A stretch of DNA of 64,000 bases from an uncultured Methanosarcinaceae archaeon (GCA_963733675.1 CAVTET010000007.1:49487-113486), one strand, 5' to 3'. Numbered from the stretch's first letter, positions 12,718 to 24,445 are shown. The notes: generated by a model not told the origin, from the letters alone. A program made the numbers and translations.

Positions 12718-12795
12718 TATAGGTTTCCCCACCTTCTAATAGATTTTCCATTGGGCTGTAGGTATTCCCCCGCAGCTCATAATATCCACCTTTTT
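12718..12795 (+). ncRNA. Candidate small RNA, family S copy B
   Basis: Tandem paralog about 330 bp downstream: promoter-like GCAAAAGAGATATA, AGGT-TTCCCC-ACCT, GGGCTGTAGG...CCCGCAGCTC, T5. Confidence 0.55.
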
Positions 12796-12799
12796 GATA

Positions 12800-12981
12800 T
12801 TTTAGGTTAACCTGATCACCTGAGCTAATAAAAATTTCTGTTTAAGATCAATATTTTTGCTCATGTTCGCCCTATTTAACTATATTAATTTCTAGTTGAA
12901 GTAAAGGGCCATTTTTTCTTGTAAAATTTAAAGAAGAACAAGGTTCTGTCCGACTTATTACCTTACAATAAACGGATTATC
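12800..12981. repeat. Segment duplicated in inverted orientation at 18395-18580
   Basis: AAGAAGAACAAGGTTCTGTCCGACTTATTA...AAACGGATTATC matches the reverse complement abutting the IS6 end at 18393. Confidence 0.8.
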
Positions 12982-13826
12982 ATTTGTTGAATGATTTAAG
13001 CCTTTTTAAGCACAATGGGTAACCACCAGAGATAAATTAAAACAGAATGTGGAGACTGAGATTGAGTCATTTATTGATTATCGTGAAGACTCCCGGCTGT
13101 TGTAATTCTCGAGATAATGACTGCATAATGTTCTGACTCTTTAGTTTTAGTCGTGAAATAAGAATAGATGTGAAAATATCCAACTGTCCAAACATCACAA
13201 GTTTATTAAGTGAATACTGGAATAAAAATGACAACTGCTCTTCCTCAATAATTAGATATTGTATTTATTATGTAAGAGTATGAAGATCAAAATGTCAATG
13301 AAGTATTATGCTAGTATGTGAAAAAAGGGTTATCAAAAGAAAAAAGTAATTAATACTATATTTAAATAGCCTTTGTAGAAGAGTCTGTTTTTATACAGTC
13401 TGCTTTTAAGATAGATTCAGATGCCGCCGGTTTAGCCATATTTTCTGCATTGTTAGCGTTATTAACTATAGGTAATACTTTTGAATCTGATTTTGTCATA
13501 CTATATATCTTCATACAGTTTATTATATTTAATGCAGACTTATATTTAGTAATTACCTGTACAATATAGATCAATTGTAACCTATAAGTATTAATGTATT
13601 TTTTAATTTCTTTATGAAGTCTAACTACTATATTTAAAAATAAAATACCTATATCTAGCAGTTTTATTTTGACAAAACTTAATTAATCAAAACAATTTAA
13701 GTACAAAACAAAAAGCTATCTCTCTAAGATGATTTATGTACATATACATATGTATATAGAAATTGCTTCAATAAGATATAGATAGATACTCTCACTCTTA
13801 TAACAAAACTTACAAGCCCACAAAAG

Positions 13827-13975
13827 GGTTCTGTTGCAAAAATAATTTTACTGCTTTTGTAGGCTATAACTATTGCTTTTTGTATCATTATTGACCTGTT
13901 TATGGCGTGTAAATATCCTATTTGTGATGTTTTTTACTGGTTTTGTAAAATAGCCAGATTTTTTGCAACAGAACC
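13827..13975. mobile_element. MITE family A (149 bp, IS6-type TIRs)
   Basis: GGTTCTGTTGCAAAAA...TTTTTGCAACAGAACC; near-identical, inverted, to 15952-16100 and 23550-23698. Confidence 0.9.
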
Positions 13976-14166
13976 GAAAAAAGCATACATATTTAATTTT
14001 AAACAAACATGTTTATTTCCAGTCTAACTTGCTTTTTTGTCTCAAGAGGTAGTAATTAATTTTGACGAAAGAGGTCAATGAGTACTTTTTTGAAGCTCAA
14101 TATAAGTAATTTAAGCTTTGAATCCCAGAAAAGGGGGTTCAAAATATTCTATTATTTTTAAAAAAA

Positions 14167-14439
14167 TAGGGCAATATCGATTACCTTAAGAAATGTTATT
14201 ATTGCCCTGGAAATTAGGTGACCAACCATTTTAAATTATACATGGAGACTACATTTATCAACATGAAATAAACAACAATAAAAGATTGCTTGTGCAGTTA
14301 GTGAGATGATTAATCCGATATTTTAAAGCTGATTTTTCCCTAACTGTTTAACTCGTTCTGTTAATAGACGGAATACTGCTTAATGGTATTGTGTTACATT
14401 GATCAAAAGCATAGGTTTTAATGTAACAAAACTGTGCAT
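14167..14439. repeat. ~270-bp repeat, copy 2, ending in core site 14407-14439
   Basis: Homology to 7508-7778 stops at the core AAGCATAGGTTTT-AATGTAA-CAAAACTGTGCAT. Confidence 0.8.
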
Positions 14440-14835
14440 TAAAAAGAGTCAAGAAAAGGTTGTTACATTCTTTGATTATGGCTAGATATTATGTGAGATA
14501 ATCCTTGTCAGAAAGATCATGTATTTTATGATTCTTGATACCAATTTTGATATATCATTTCCAACGTGCTGGATATTTTAATTTTCATACATAAGTACAC
14601 TTGATTTATATATAAATATGCCTAAAAAACACATATTTTTGTTCAAAATATTGTGTAAGAAAATATCAACAGCTGATGAGCAAGACCAAAAACCAAAACT
14701 TTGAAACTGGAATATCTAATCTTGATTTATTTGTAAAAAGTTAATCGGAATGAAGACTTAACAAAGGAAGTTTGATATAAAGTCCCAAGTTTCCGATTTA
14801 TATCGTTATATATCTATATATTTCAAATTCCTGGT

Positions 14836-15708
14836 TCATCGAGATGTGGAGTAAGATACATCAAGATATGGAGTAAGAGACGAAAGAGTTTCTACTCTTC
14901 GCAGAAGAGCAGCGGCTCCCCTGCGAAGATACTCGGATTGAACCTCGTGTTTAAAATAAACTGCTTTCTCATTAATTTCGTTTTGTCTGGATTCATCCAT
15001 ATGTGGAATAATAATTGAGAGGGCCTGTAACGCCATATTTTTGTCTTTAAGATTGAAAGCTAACTCAATAGCTTGTTCCATAATTTCTTCTTTTCTTTGC
15101 TCATCCATAAATGGGAGAAGAAGAGAAAAAGACTCTATCCTTTGATACTCTGATATAATCCCAGATACCAGCTCAAGAGCTTTTTCGACAATAGATTCAT
15201 TTTTTGATCCGTAAAGATACGGAACAAGCGAAGAAATGATCTGGAACTTTGCATCCCCGTATTGAATGTGGGAAGAGAAATCTAAAATATGTTCAATAAG
15301 TTCTTCTTTATCATGCCCTCTAATATGACGGACAAGTGAAGAAAGAACAAGGGCTCTTTCGTTTTCATCTTGAATATTGGAGCAAGAATAAATGACATTT
15401 TCTATAAATCCTACTTTTTTTTGCCCCTCTAGTATCGGAACAAGTAGGGAAAGAGCCTGGGCCCTTAAATCTCCATATTGAATATTGCAAGCAAAGTCAA
15501 GGGCTTTTTCTATAAACTCTTCTTTTACTGATCCCTTCAGTTGAGAGACGGTTATAGCTCTCTGATCAAGTTTATTATGCGTATACTGCCCCTGTGGCTT
15601 TTCGGCACAGGTTTCTCTGAAATCCTCAAACAACTTATTGAATTCTTCAATCACTTTATCTCTATCACTTGAATTTTGTTTTATATCAATAGAACGATTT
15701 TCAACCAT
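14836..15708 (-). CDS. Helical (HEAT-like) repeat protein
   Basis: About 37-aa repeats of type EKALxxxxxIQxxxxRAxALSxLVPxL. Confidence 0.75.
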   Translation of the reverse strand: MVENRSIDIKQNSSDRDKVIEEFNKLFEDFRETCAEKPQGQYTHNKLDQRAITVSQLKGSVKEEFIEKALDFACNIQYGDLRAQALSLLVPILEGQKKVGFIENVIYSCSNIQDENERALVLSSLVRHIRGHDKEELIEHILDFSSHIQYGDAKFQIISSLVPYLYGSKNESIVEKALELVSGIISEYQRIESFSLLLPFMDEQRKEEIMEQAIELAFNLKDKNMALQALSIIIPHMDESRQNEINEKAVYFKHEVQSEYLRRGAAALLRRVETLSSLTPYLDVSYSTSR

Positions 15709-15951
15709 TAATTTTCACTTCTATATTAAATAAATCATTTCTTTTGTTTTTTCATAAATTTGGATTTTTAAACCCAAATTTTTGTACCAATATTAAAAAA
15801 TATAAATTTTGGCCTAAAATGTATCTGATTTTATTTTGACATATACAAGCTATTGTAAAACAATATATTATATCAATGTATTTGAACTGAAAATAAATTA
15901 TAATTATAAATGATGATAGATATTAATTTAGTTTCATACTATTGTATCAAA

Positions 15952-16100
15952 GGTTCTGTTGCAAAAAATCTGGCTATTTTACAAAACCAGTAAAAAACAT
16001 CACAAATAGGATATTTACACGCCATAAACAGGTCAATAATGATACAAAAAGCAATAGTTATAGCCTACAAAGGCAGTAAAATTATTTTTGCAACAGAACC
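15952..16100. mobile_element. MITE family A (149 bp)
   Basis: Same TIRs and body as 13827-13975, opposite orientation. Confidence 0.9.
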
Positions 16101-16238
16101 CTCTGCGATTTATGTGACTCACATGAAAAAAATAAAGCACTATTCTACTTGTTAATTCAAAATATTACAACAACAGCCTAACAAATTGAAAGTATTTATC
16201 ACGCTAAAATATTTTAATTATCAAATATATTTTTAAGT

Positions 16239-16443
16239 ATGTATAAGATAATTTAGATAATTGGTTTCTTAGTTCTATTACTTGGAACAGGACTGCCAAC
16301 GACTGTAAGCGCAGATCATTGGTATAGTCATTGGAGGAGTCGTCATCATCATTGGAATGGAGACCGTGTTTACCATTTATACGCGTCACACTTGGCATGA
16401 TTGGAACGGGCATAGACATTGGAGATGGCATAGACATTGCTGA
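16239..16443 (+). pseudogene. Decayed secreted His/Trp/Arg-rich peptide
   Basis: MYKII*IIGFLVLLLGTGLPTTVSA-DHWYSHWRSRHHHWNG, then after a frameshift RHTWHDWNGHRHWRWHRHC*. Upstream region matches 10760-10850 inverted. Confidence 0.6.
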
Positions 16444-16468
16444 TGGGAATGATATTTAAAAATAATAT

Positions 16469-17014
16469 TTGGTGATATTTTTGGTAAATCGAAAACTTAA
16501 AATTTTTGGAATAACTACCCTAGCTCTTTTGATACTAGTGGGCGTCGTATCTGCATCAACGGAATCCCACGCCCTTGTCACAAAAGGAATTAGTCTAGCT
16601 AACTCCAAACAATATGATGATGCTCTATCAAATTTCAATAGAGCAATTAACTTAGATCCGCAAGATGCCGAAGCATGGTATTTTAAAGGACTGGCTTTAA
16701 CTCAAGAATTTAAAATAAAAGAAGCAAACGCAGCATTTGACCAGGCACTTTTATTAAATCCGAATTATTCAAGTTACTACATCTCGAAAAGCTTGGGTTT
16801 GTATATGCAAGGTAAATATACCGACGCAGAAAATTATGTAGATAAAAGCTTGGTGCTTAATCCAAACGATTCCGTTGGTTGGGGTGTAAAAGGAATCATT
16901 GCCGAAGCTAAAGGCGATAAGGCGGTAGCAATCTTTGCTTACAATAAAGCAATAAAACTTGACCCTAACAACACACCAGCATTGGAAAGCTTACATCGAT
17001 TAGGGAATTCATGA
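16469..17014 (+). CDS. Secreted TPR-repeat protein
   Basis: Hydrophobic signal ending VVSA, about 4 TPRs (AINLDPQDAEAWYFKG). Confidence 0.9.
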   Translation: MVIFLVNRKLKIFGITTLALLILVGVVSASTESHALVTKGISLANSKQYDDALSNFNRAINLDPQDAEAWYFKGLALTQEFKIKEANAAFDQALLLNPNYSSYYISKSLGLYMQGKYTDAENYVDKSLVLNPNDSVGWGVKGIIAEAKGDKAVAIFAYNKAIKLDPNNTPALESLHRLGNS

Positions 17015-17074
17015 TTAAATGATTGAACGCTTGTATATTTTTGGTCCAAATGTTTGAATTACCTTAACCCTAAG

Positions 17075-17105
17075 ATGGTTAGGTTTCGTATGAAAACATC
17101 CACAT
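17075..17105. repeat. Core site with conserved arm
   Basis: ATGGTTAGGTTTC-GTATG-AAAACATCCACAT; 17041-17262 aligns with 39972-40190. Confidence 0.7.
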
Positions 17106-17312
17106 CATTAAAAACAATAAATTCTATTTTTTGTAGTGACAGAAAAAGGACATAGAGTCAATTAGATTTTGCAGAACTTTAGGTACAATGCTGCAGAAAA
17201 TATTTTTTGAATACAGTAATTCCATTCTAGTTAGTTAATACAGAACTAAATTTTCACGATAAAGGAAAATTATTATTTAATTATTATTAAAATTAATAGA
17301 AAGTCAATAGTT

Positions 17313-17540
17313 CTAATGACAAATATTCTGTTTCTTATTTTTACACTGACCCTCTGTACCACGGTCGCGTCCCCAATATCCATTGTCATCATATTTATCG
17401 TCTATATAACACGTGGCAAAATATCTATCTTCATCCACTATTTCATCAATGTTTGGTATAGTGAAACTTAGATAACATTTATCAGGACTGTCTGAATCAT
17501 AAGAGCCATATAAAGAAACAAGGTCTCGTATAGGAATTAA
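17313..17540 (-). pseudogene. Gene fragment 5'-truncated at the IS6 end
   Basis: 75 open codons with no start (LIPIRDLVSLYGSYDSD...GYWGRDRGTEGQCKNKKQNICH*) beginning exactly at the IS boundary. Confidence 0.55.
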
Positions 17541-18393
17541 GGCTCAGTTGCAAAAAATCCTTTCTAATGATACAATAGAATAAAAAGAAAACCAAAGATA
17601 GTAATATGCTATCTAATTCCTTTAAATGGAAGCATTATGAAGGAGAAATTATCCTATTGAATGTAAGATGGTACTTAAAATACCCATTGAGCTATAGAAA
17701 TTTAAAGGAAATGATGGTGGAAAGGGAAGTAAAAGTCGACCATACAACAATCATGAGATGGGTACATCAATATTCACCTGAAATAGAAAAGAAAATCAGA
17801 AGACATCTAAAACTAACAAACTATTCGTGGAGAGTTGATGAAACCTATATCAAAGTAAAAGGTAAATGGAAATATTTTTACCGAGCAGTTGACTCAAATG
17901 GAGAGACAATCGATTTCATGTTAAGTGCAAAACGAAACCGAAAAGCAGCAAAGAGATTCTTTAAGAAAGCTTTGAGTTCTAATCATAACCAAATTCCACA
18001 AGTAATAACAGTTGATAAGAATCCAGCTTATCCACCTGCTATAGGTAAACTGAAAAATGATAAAATACTACCTAAAAACGTAGATATTCGACAAATCAAG
18101 TATTTGAATAACATTATAGAACAAGATCATAGATCTATAAAGCGAATCGTTAATCCAATGTTAGGATTTCAGTCTTTTCTATCTGCTAATAAGACTTTAA
18201 AAGGAATTGAAGCTATGAATATGATCAAAAAAAACAAGTCAATAATCTAAATTACTCTATTCTTAATGAAATCAAATACATTAATAAATTGTGTGGTATA
18301 GTTTTATAATGTTAGTACATTTCCTTGAATATTTTGATTTTTATTTATTACTTATAGATTTACATATTTTTTTGAATTTTTTGCAACGGAACC
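17541..18393 (+). mobile_element. IS6-family element, copy 1
   Basis: TIRs GGCTCAGTTGCAAAAAAT / ATTTTTTGCAACGGAACC around a DDE transposase. Confidence 0.95.
17606..18250 (+). pseudogene. IS6 transposase with C-terminal frameshift
   Basis: WRVDETY, ITVDK, YLNNIIEQDHR; ends KKNKSII* instead of KKGQVND...GIVL as in 30590-31294. Confidence 0.85.
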
Positions 18394-18579
18394 TGATAAT
18401 CCGTTTATTGTAAGATAATAAGTCGGACAGAACCTTGTTCTTCTTTAAATCTTACAAGAAAAAATGGCCCTCCACTTTAACTAAAAATTAATATAGTTAA
18501 ACGGATAGAATAAGAGCAAAAATATAAATCTTAAATAGAAATTCTTATTCGCTAAAGCTACCAGGCCGATCTAAGATGT

Positions 18580-18665
18580 GAAAAAGTTGATCTTGTGAGC
18601 TGCAGATGAAGAAAAGCAAATGTCTGCAGCTCGATAGTAGGTATGGTTGCATGAAAGTACTGACA
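18580..18665 (-). ncRNA. Candidate small RNA, family S copy D
   Basis: Minus strand GAGCTGCAGA...TCTGCAGCTC-ACAAGATCAAC-T5; divergent from the PKD gene. Confidence 0.55.
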
Positions 18666-18712
18666 CAGTTGAATTTATTAAATAAATATTAAATGTAATA
18701 CAGTGATTATCA

Positions 18713-19684
18713 ATGAAACTGAAAACCACACTAATAATTTTACTAATATTATTAACTGTCACCCTAGCAAGCGCGGAAAATAATTTGAAACAAAGCAGAC
18801 ATCCAGATCAAAATTTGAGTGTCAGTCCTGTAAAGAACGATGTGCACAATTTAACACTATCAGAGGCGCATTCATACAATCGAAACAATGCTAATTCTCA
18901 TCAGTGGTGGTTTCCGCCTGGTCTAGTGCCAAATCCAAATGCAACAGATCCAACATTTGCTCAAGTGGTAAACTTCATTAAAGCGGACCCAACAGATAAA
19001 AAATTATACGTATCTGGCGTGTACGAGTGTGATTCCATGGCAAGAGATGTTTACAATAATGCGTCGAAGGCAGGAATAAGAGTTGGATTAGTAGATATTT
19101 GGTTACAAGGTGAAGATGATCAATATGATACTTGCTACAACACAATTGATAAAGGTCTTGTATTTATCGATTGTACAGGTGATCCTACTTCAGGATGTTC
19201 AGGATGTGGAGACTGTGACTGTATAGTAAATGTTACAAAAGGTATAATCTATCACCCACACTCATTGTACTCCCCATATTGTAGAGACTATACACAGGGT
19301 CAAATACTCGATTACAAAATTGAATGGTCATCGGTAAATTCTACTGGCACAGTACCTGTAGCACAATTTACAGCCAATAAAACCACTGGTAACGCTCCAT
19401 TAACCGTAAAATTTACTGATACAAGTACGGGATCACCAACGTCATGGCACTGGTCATTTGGGGATGGACAGTCTGCTACCACACAGAATCCAGCGCACAC
19501 TTACTCTAACGCAGGAAATTATAGTGTTGTAATGGTAGCAAGTAATAGCTATGGTCAATCACAACAAAGTTCACCAAAGACAATAACTGTAACTTCTACT
19601 GGTACAATACCAGTTGCAAAATTTAGTACTGCACCACTAACTGTCAATTTCACTGATAAAAGTACAGGCTCACCAACTTCCTAG
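18713..19684 (+). CDS. Secreted protein with transglutaminase/papain-like domain and PKD domains; second PKD cut by TAG
   Basis: Signal peptide, YECDSMA..YNNASKAGIR..GLVFID, PKD motif WHWSFGDG. Homologous frame continues past TAG (at a Trp codon) to about 19920 with more stops. Confidence 0.8.
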   Translation: MKLKTTLIILLILLTVTLASAENNLKQSRHPDQNLSVSPVKNDVHNLTLSEAHSYNRNNANSHQWWFPPGLVPNPNATDPTFAQVVNFIKADPTDKKLYVSGVYECDSMARDVYNNASKAGIRVGLVDIWLQGEDDQYDTCYNTIDKGLVFIDCTGDPTSGCSGCGDCDCIVNVTKGIIYHPHSLYSPYCRDYTQGQILDYKIEWSSVNSTGTVPVAQFTANKTTGNAPLTVKFTDTSTGSPTSWHWSFGDGQSATTQNPAHTYSNAGNYSVVMVASNSYGQSQQSSPKTITVTSTGTIPVAKFSTAPLTVNFTDKSTGSPTS

Positions 19685-20145
19685 CACTGGTCCTTTGGAG
19701 ATGGAACTAGTTCTACACAAGAGAATCCAACACATACTTATTCGAATGCAGGGAACTATAACGTTGTAATGGTAGCAATAAATAACATTGGTCAAAGTGC
19801 ATCAGCGCAAGATACAGTAATTGTAACATAGGCAGCTTCAACAATTACCTGAAGTAACCCTGCTGTTTATGGAACACCTTTGAATAGCACTCAGCGAAAT
19901 TCAAGTGTATATGTACTTGGACCGATTGGTTATAATAAAGTAAAAAAGAAATAACCAAATGTGAAATAAATAAAAATAACAATATTAAATTAGTCGATGA
20001 CCAGGTTTTACCTGGATATCCAAAATTTTTACATTTGTTTTTAGATAGGTATTAGATCAAAACTCCATAAGTCTTTAACTCTTTAGTTTTTTTACTATTT
20101 AGAATATATGCAAAAACTATATAATTACTTAATATTGTTATATTT

Positions 20146-20226
20146 TATAGGTATTCCAGTACCTGGCAATAGACTTCCCGGCAGGCTGCAGGCAGCTAAC
20201 ACCTGCAGCTACAAGATCAATTTTTT
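20146..20226 (+). ncRNA. Candidate small RNA, family S copy C
   Basis: GCAAAAACTATATA promoter, AGGTA-TTCCAG-TACCT, GGCTGCAGG...CCTGCAGCT, ACAAGATCAA and T6. Confidence 0.6.
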
Positions 20227-20702
20227 AGACATTTCAAATTAGCCTGATCATATAAGCCAATTAAATAGAATCGAAGAAGAGAGATTGTTGGGAAATTTAA
20301 GGTGTTTTTCAGTGGTATGTTACTGTTCTTCAATTGAAAGAATGATAAGCCTACTGTTGGGGTTGATATGCAGTCATTTCTTAACTGGCGTGGAAAAGGC
20401 TTCTACATACAATGATTCATGAGATCAGGACTACATAATGTTAATACTAAAAATACTGAATAGTTTAAGTTAGGAGAATATGTTCATAACAATATATAAT
20501 CAATAAAATCTATTTATAGTAGTTTTCTATCAAAATAAAAGTATTAGTATATTAAATTGTAATTTTCTTTAAAAGAGTATAGTTGATATTTTAAATCCGG
20601 CCAAACAACCGTTTTACACATTCACTTATGCCATTTGCAAGACTTGAAGCATACTTTCGACAAACTTAGAAGCTCTAGATATTCGAAAAGCAAAAAGAAA
20701 GG

Positions 20703-21005
20703 ATGAAATACCCTACAGATCCAGAGAAAGACCCTGATATTTTGACATGTAGGTGCATCTTTGAAATAATATTTCAGAACGTTTACAATGTCGCTGCTCC
20801 TTATATTGATGCGGTTTCTTGGAATGATAAAGAGCACAGACGAAACCACGACAAATTTTTAGACTTACTTGCAGGGATCACAGTTTATAATTTAAGGCAG
20901 CGAGATACCATCAATGGTATGTTAGTTTCTATCCATGACGATTATGATCGAGCTATAAAAATATATGACGGAACAGCAAAAAGTAATGTCGATAATTATT
21001 ATTAA
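20703..21005 (+). pseudogene. Fragment resembling the C-terminal part of a plasmid/virus primase-helicase ATPase
   Basis: VAAPY...RRNHDKFLDLLAGIT...QR......DDYDRA pattern; no Walker motifs. Confidence 0.45.
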
Positions 21006-21032
21006 CAAATCTTATGCTTTTTCGTTTTCCTG

Positions 21033-21064
21033 ATGCATAATTTTTGTATCTAAAATCACTGGAT
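21033..21064. repeat. Core site (left of vapBC)
   Basis: ATGCATAATTTTT-GTATCT-AAAATCACTGGAT. Confidence 0.55.
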
Positions 21065-21135
21065 TTCATAATTTTGATGACTCAAAAAAAATATCAATCG
21101 AGTGGTTTTGAGTATCTTTTTATTTACATATGTTT

Positions 21136-21528
21136 TTAATAATATGTAACTTCAAGTCCTGGCACTTTTTTGAAATGGTTATCTCTGGTAACTATTTTTT
21201 CATTGTGACATAGTGTTATGGCAGCTATGAGCTCGTCGAATGCTCCAATGGATTTTCCATTTGAGAGCAAATTTGCAGAAAGGGATGCAAATACTTCATA
21301 AACTGATTCTTCAAGCTCCAGAATCTGAAAACATTCTAGAATTTTCTTGATTTTTTCAAGATTTTGATGTGTTTTCATAGAGAGATAGGCACCTCTGTAC
21401 AACTCAAGGACATTGACTTCGGTGGTGCTGAAGGGGATGTATTCTGTTTCCATTTCAGCTAATTTTTTAAGCGCACTTTCGTTTTCTCTTAAGAGATCAA
21501 CAATAAAAGAACTATCAAGCACCGGCAT
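21136..21528 (-). CDS. vapC: VapC PIN-domain toxin
   Basis: [31 protein letters not shown]. Confidence 0.92.
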   Translation of the reverse strand: MPVLDSSFIVDLLRENESALKKLAEMETEYIPFSTTEVNVLELYRGAYLSMKTHQNLEKIKKILECFQILELEESVYEVFASLSANLLSNGKSIGAFDELIAAITLCHNEKIVTRDNHFKKVPGLEVTYY

Positions 21529-21754
21529 CAAGATCAACTTCCCTCATATTTGCCTCTCTCATATCCATAGAAGCTTTTTCGATTGCATTTGCTAGTTCAG
21601 GGTTGGATCCTATTTTTGCGAGTACTTCCGAGAGCTTTCTTTTCTTGGGGTAGTACTTAAGGATAACATCGGAGAAACTTTCTTTTTCTGAAGCTTTTAA
21701 ACATTTGAGCTTTTCATATGCTTCTTCACTTATGCTAATTGTTTTAGTTGCCAT
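21515..21754 (-). CDS. vapB: VapB antitoxin (archaeal DUF217-type)
   Basis: [17 protein letters not shown]...ESFSDVI; overlaps the vapC start. Confidence 0.9.
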   Translation of the reverse strand: MATKTISISEEAYEKLKCLKASEKESFSDVILKYYPKKRKLSEVLAKIGSNPELANAIEKASMDMREANMREVDLDAGA

Positions 21755-21920
21755 GATATTTTCTGTGTATGTATGTGTATTTAATAGTTTCCTTAAATGA
21801 TGAAACATTGAAAATAAAATTTCGAAACATTATAACTGTAGGAATAAAAATTACAAGGGGTGACCACACTTAATGCACTGTGAAGCAAATTCCGGTTTTG
21901 TATCCAATAACATTTCATGA

Positions 21921-22178
21921 TAGTGTACTAAAAGTTCTGTAAATTCTAATTGGCTCAATATCCATTTTTCATTCACTGCAGAAAAGCAGGGTGCTGAGCC
22001 AGTGATAATATTAACAAATTTATTTCCCGATTGTTTCATTTATGCATAGGTTTTGCTATAAAACCTATGCATCTGTGAAAGCAATACAGGAGCTTTATCA
22101 ATAACATAATTGACTAGGTATCCTTCTTTTGAAACAAAAAATCGAGTTATCATTTTTTCCAGAACTTTGAGTACACTG
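21921..22178. repeat. Arm-core-arm element centred on a perfect core palindrome at 22042-22072
   Basis: TAGTGTACTAAAAGTTCTG ... ATGCATAGGTTTT-GCTAT-AAAACCTATGCAT ... CAGAACTTTGAGTACACTG. Confidence 0.75.
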
Positions 22179-22264
22179 ATTTCTTGTACTTTAATACTTG
22201 AAATGTAGGATGATATAAAAAAAGAAATAATAATTTCCTGCATATACACTAAAAAGGTGTAGAA

Positions 22265-22423
22265 ATGAAAGCTGGAGTTTTAGTTTCTCATATTTTGTTA
22301 TTAACCGTAACACTTTATTTACTTTTCACAATAGTTCCGGCAGCTGAATACAAAGTAGTTAATATAGAAGTTAATGCAGAAGATAACGAAGGAAATGCTA
22401 AAATAGGATTTAATATAGCTTGA
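22265..22423 (+). CDS. Small signal-peptide ORF, 52 aa (possibly truncated)
   Basis: AAGGTG RBS; MKAGVLVSHILLLTVTLYLLFTIVPAAEYKVVNIEVNAED... Confidence 0.45.
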   Translation: MKAGVLVSHILLLTVTLYLLFTIVPAAEYKVVNIEVNAEDNEGNAKIGFNIA

Positions 22424-22439
22424 AATGAGCTAAATAATT

Positions 22440-22470
22440 AAAAGGGGGTTATTACAGTTCCCCTTTTTTT
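22440..22470. terminator. Hairpin plus T-tract, possibly bidirectional
   Basis: AAAAGGGGG-TTATTACAGT-TCCCCTTTTTTT between convergent ORFs. Confidence 0.55.
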
Positions 22471-22667
22471 GCCTACATTACTTTATGCACTTGTGGGATT
22501 TGGTAAGTTCCATTTAATACCTTGGACCTGGTGGATACATTTTAGATTTCACATAAAAATTTTCATTTGGTGTGGATAGCCAATTTGATTCTTTTCCTGA
22601 AGGTTCATCGTGTTGGATGTAATGTCCAGGGAATTATCTGGGTTTATCATGTGGCACATTTTTATAT

Positions 22668-22946
22668 TCAGATTACATAGCTGCCGCATCCACCGTATCC
22701 GATGCCGTAACCGCAGCTGCCATACCAGGGATATCCAAAGCCATAGCCCCAGCCGCCATACCAGGGGTATCCAAAACCATAGCCACCCCAGCCACCGCCC
22801 CAGCCGCCGTGGCCCCAATGGCCGCCATGACCGCCGTGACCGCCACCGTGTGCACTAGCTGCAACTGCTGACAAAGACGTTATAAATAAAACTGCCAGTA
22901 AAATGGCAAGTACTTTTTTCATTTTATCAGATGATTGTTTCAACAT
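22668..22946 (-). CDS. Secreted Gly/Tyr/Trp/His-rich peptide
   Basis: Leader MLKQSSDKMKKVLAILLAVLFITSLSAVAASA; GGHW and GYGFGYPWYG repeats; AGGAG RBS. Confidence 0.85.
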   Translation of the reverse strand: MLKQSSDKMKKVLAILLAVLFITSLSAVAASAHGGGHGGHGGHWGHGGWGGGWGGYGFGYPWYGGWGYGFGYPWYGSCGYGIGYGGCGSYVI

Positions 22947-23549
22947 TTATTCCACTCCTTTTATTATATTTACATTATAATATTTTGAGCCTTATCTTTG
23001 AATCATTGCTCTATCGATTAATAGTGAAACCAAACTTAACTGGCCTGCTAGTAAAAAGATAAGTATCTTTGTTACTGAGCAGCAATCATTAATAATGGCT
23101 TAATTATATATTAAGATTATTAGATTAATAAAAAAATAAATATAAGGGAGTTCACGAATGAATCCACACGTTTAAAAAGCGCATTTCTGCATTAAAATGA
23201 AGAAAAATAAAACGTCAAATACCCTTCAATAAAATTCAAAAATGTAATTAACAACAGAATTTCTATAATAACCAGCCAGTACTACCCTAACTGTGACTGT
23301 GTGCTGAACCCTTACACTAACCAATGGATTGAAATGCTAATCAGTATGTATAGGCACCTATTAATAGATTCAAGTTTTAAGACCAACTCCATTTTCAAGA
23401 CAATGTTTCTAAACATCTATAAATTCCAATTGGCTCTGTATCACTTTACTTCATCAAAAAATAGAATCCAGAGCTTTGTGTCTGAATGAAGACGAACAGG
23501 CGATATTATGGGGTTTATCAAGTGGAGATGAATTAACGTCTAAACAGCT

Positions 23550-23698
23550 GGTTCTGTTGCAAAAAATCTGGCTATTTTACAAAACCAGTAAAAAACATCA
23601 CAAATAGGATATTTACACGCCATAAACAGGTCAATAATGATACAAAAAGCAATAGTTATAGCCTACAAAGGCAATAAAATTATTTTTGCAACAGAACC
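23550..23698. mobile_element. MITE family A (149 bp)
   Basis: Near-identical to 15952-16100. Confidence 0.9.
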
Positions 23699-23879
23699 AT
23701 GTTTCTTATTGTTTTAGGGATCTTTGAAATTTGATGCTAAACTCATCCCTAAAAGTACTATAGAGTAACCTTAGATCAAATTCTTGATTTTAAACGCCTG
23801 ATAAGAGTTATTATCCACACCACTTGATTGAAGCAAAAATTATTCAATATATAGTAGCGACTTTGTATCTGAAAAATAT

Positions 23880-24445
23880 TGGTGATCACAAGATAACAAC
23901 AAGCTGAAATGGCTGGAATTTGATTGTTAATGACTTGAAGTATGAACATGATGCAAATATATTTAACAGTTCACTAGGTCCTCAAACTATAGAAATTGTC
24001 GAAGGTGGTGATATTGAAATAAAAATAGTATATTTAGTAAAAGGACATATAACCCATGCTAAATTGTAATACAATGGAGCTTGAATTACAGGGATGAATG
24101 TTGCAAAAATTAACTATTATGGAAATCAAAGTGCATTATGAATTAAAAAGATTGATACTGCTGATGCTGCACATATCAACAGTATCTAATTGACTGTATG
24201 AGGATTTGTTTGTCTGTTCGACAAAACAATATTTGTTCTAGCACACTATAAACTTTTTTATTTAGTTTTTTGAAATCTGGTTCTTTTCTATACAACCCAC
24301 AAAACATATTTGCTCAGTATTCCATAACATTTTTTGGTTCTTTGATTCGTCTATTTTGGATAATACCCCACGTACCCTTTATGGATTAAATTTTGAAAAT
24401 ATGAAATCATAAGAGACTGAATCAAATATTGACTTTGCAACAAAC
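23880..24445 (+). pseudogene. Decayed DUF4352-like gene end plus downstream region, repeated at about 24990-25505 and partly at 30393-30492
   Basis: GGDIEIKIVYLVKG..HAKL*Y versus ELKSKIVFLLNGHPIRAQLQY; shared hairpin GATACTG(C/T)TGAT...ATCAACAGTATC. Confidence 0.5.

Noticed and set aside
12330-12830. Tandem units as a CRISPR array
   Set aside because: Only two ~330-bp units, each with its own promoter and terminator; no repeat-spacer periodicity and no cas genes.
14628-14658. Additional weak core-like palindromes (also about 26267, 27877, 35080 and 55563)
   Set aside because: Spacer length or arms deviate too far; could be chance in AT-rich DNA and need PWM scoring.
19682-19684. In-frame TAG codons (also at about 4611, 16254 and 27400) as pyrrolysine
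   Set aside because: Most are one substitution from the expected codon (Trp, Glu, Gln), and the same genes carry TAA/TGA stops or frameshifts, so decay is simpler.
21851-22249. Short ORFs 21851-22039 and 22040-22249
   Set aside because: They overlap the arm-core-arm repeat and lack recognisable motifs or RBS.
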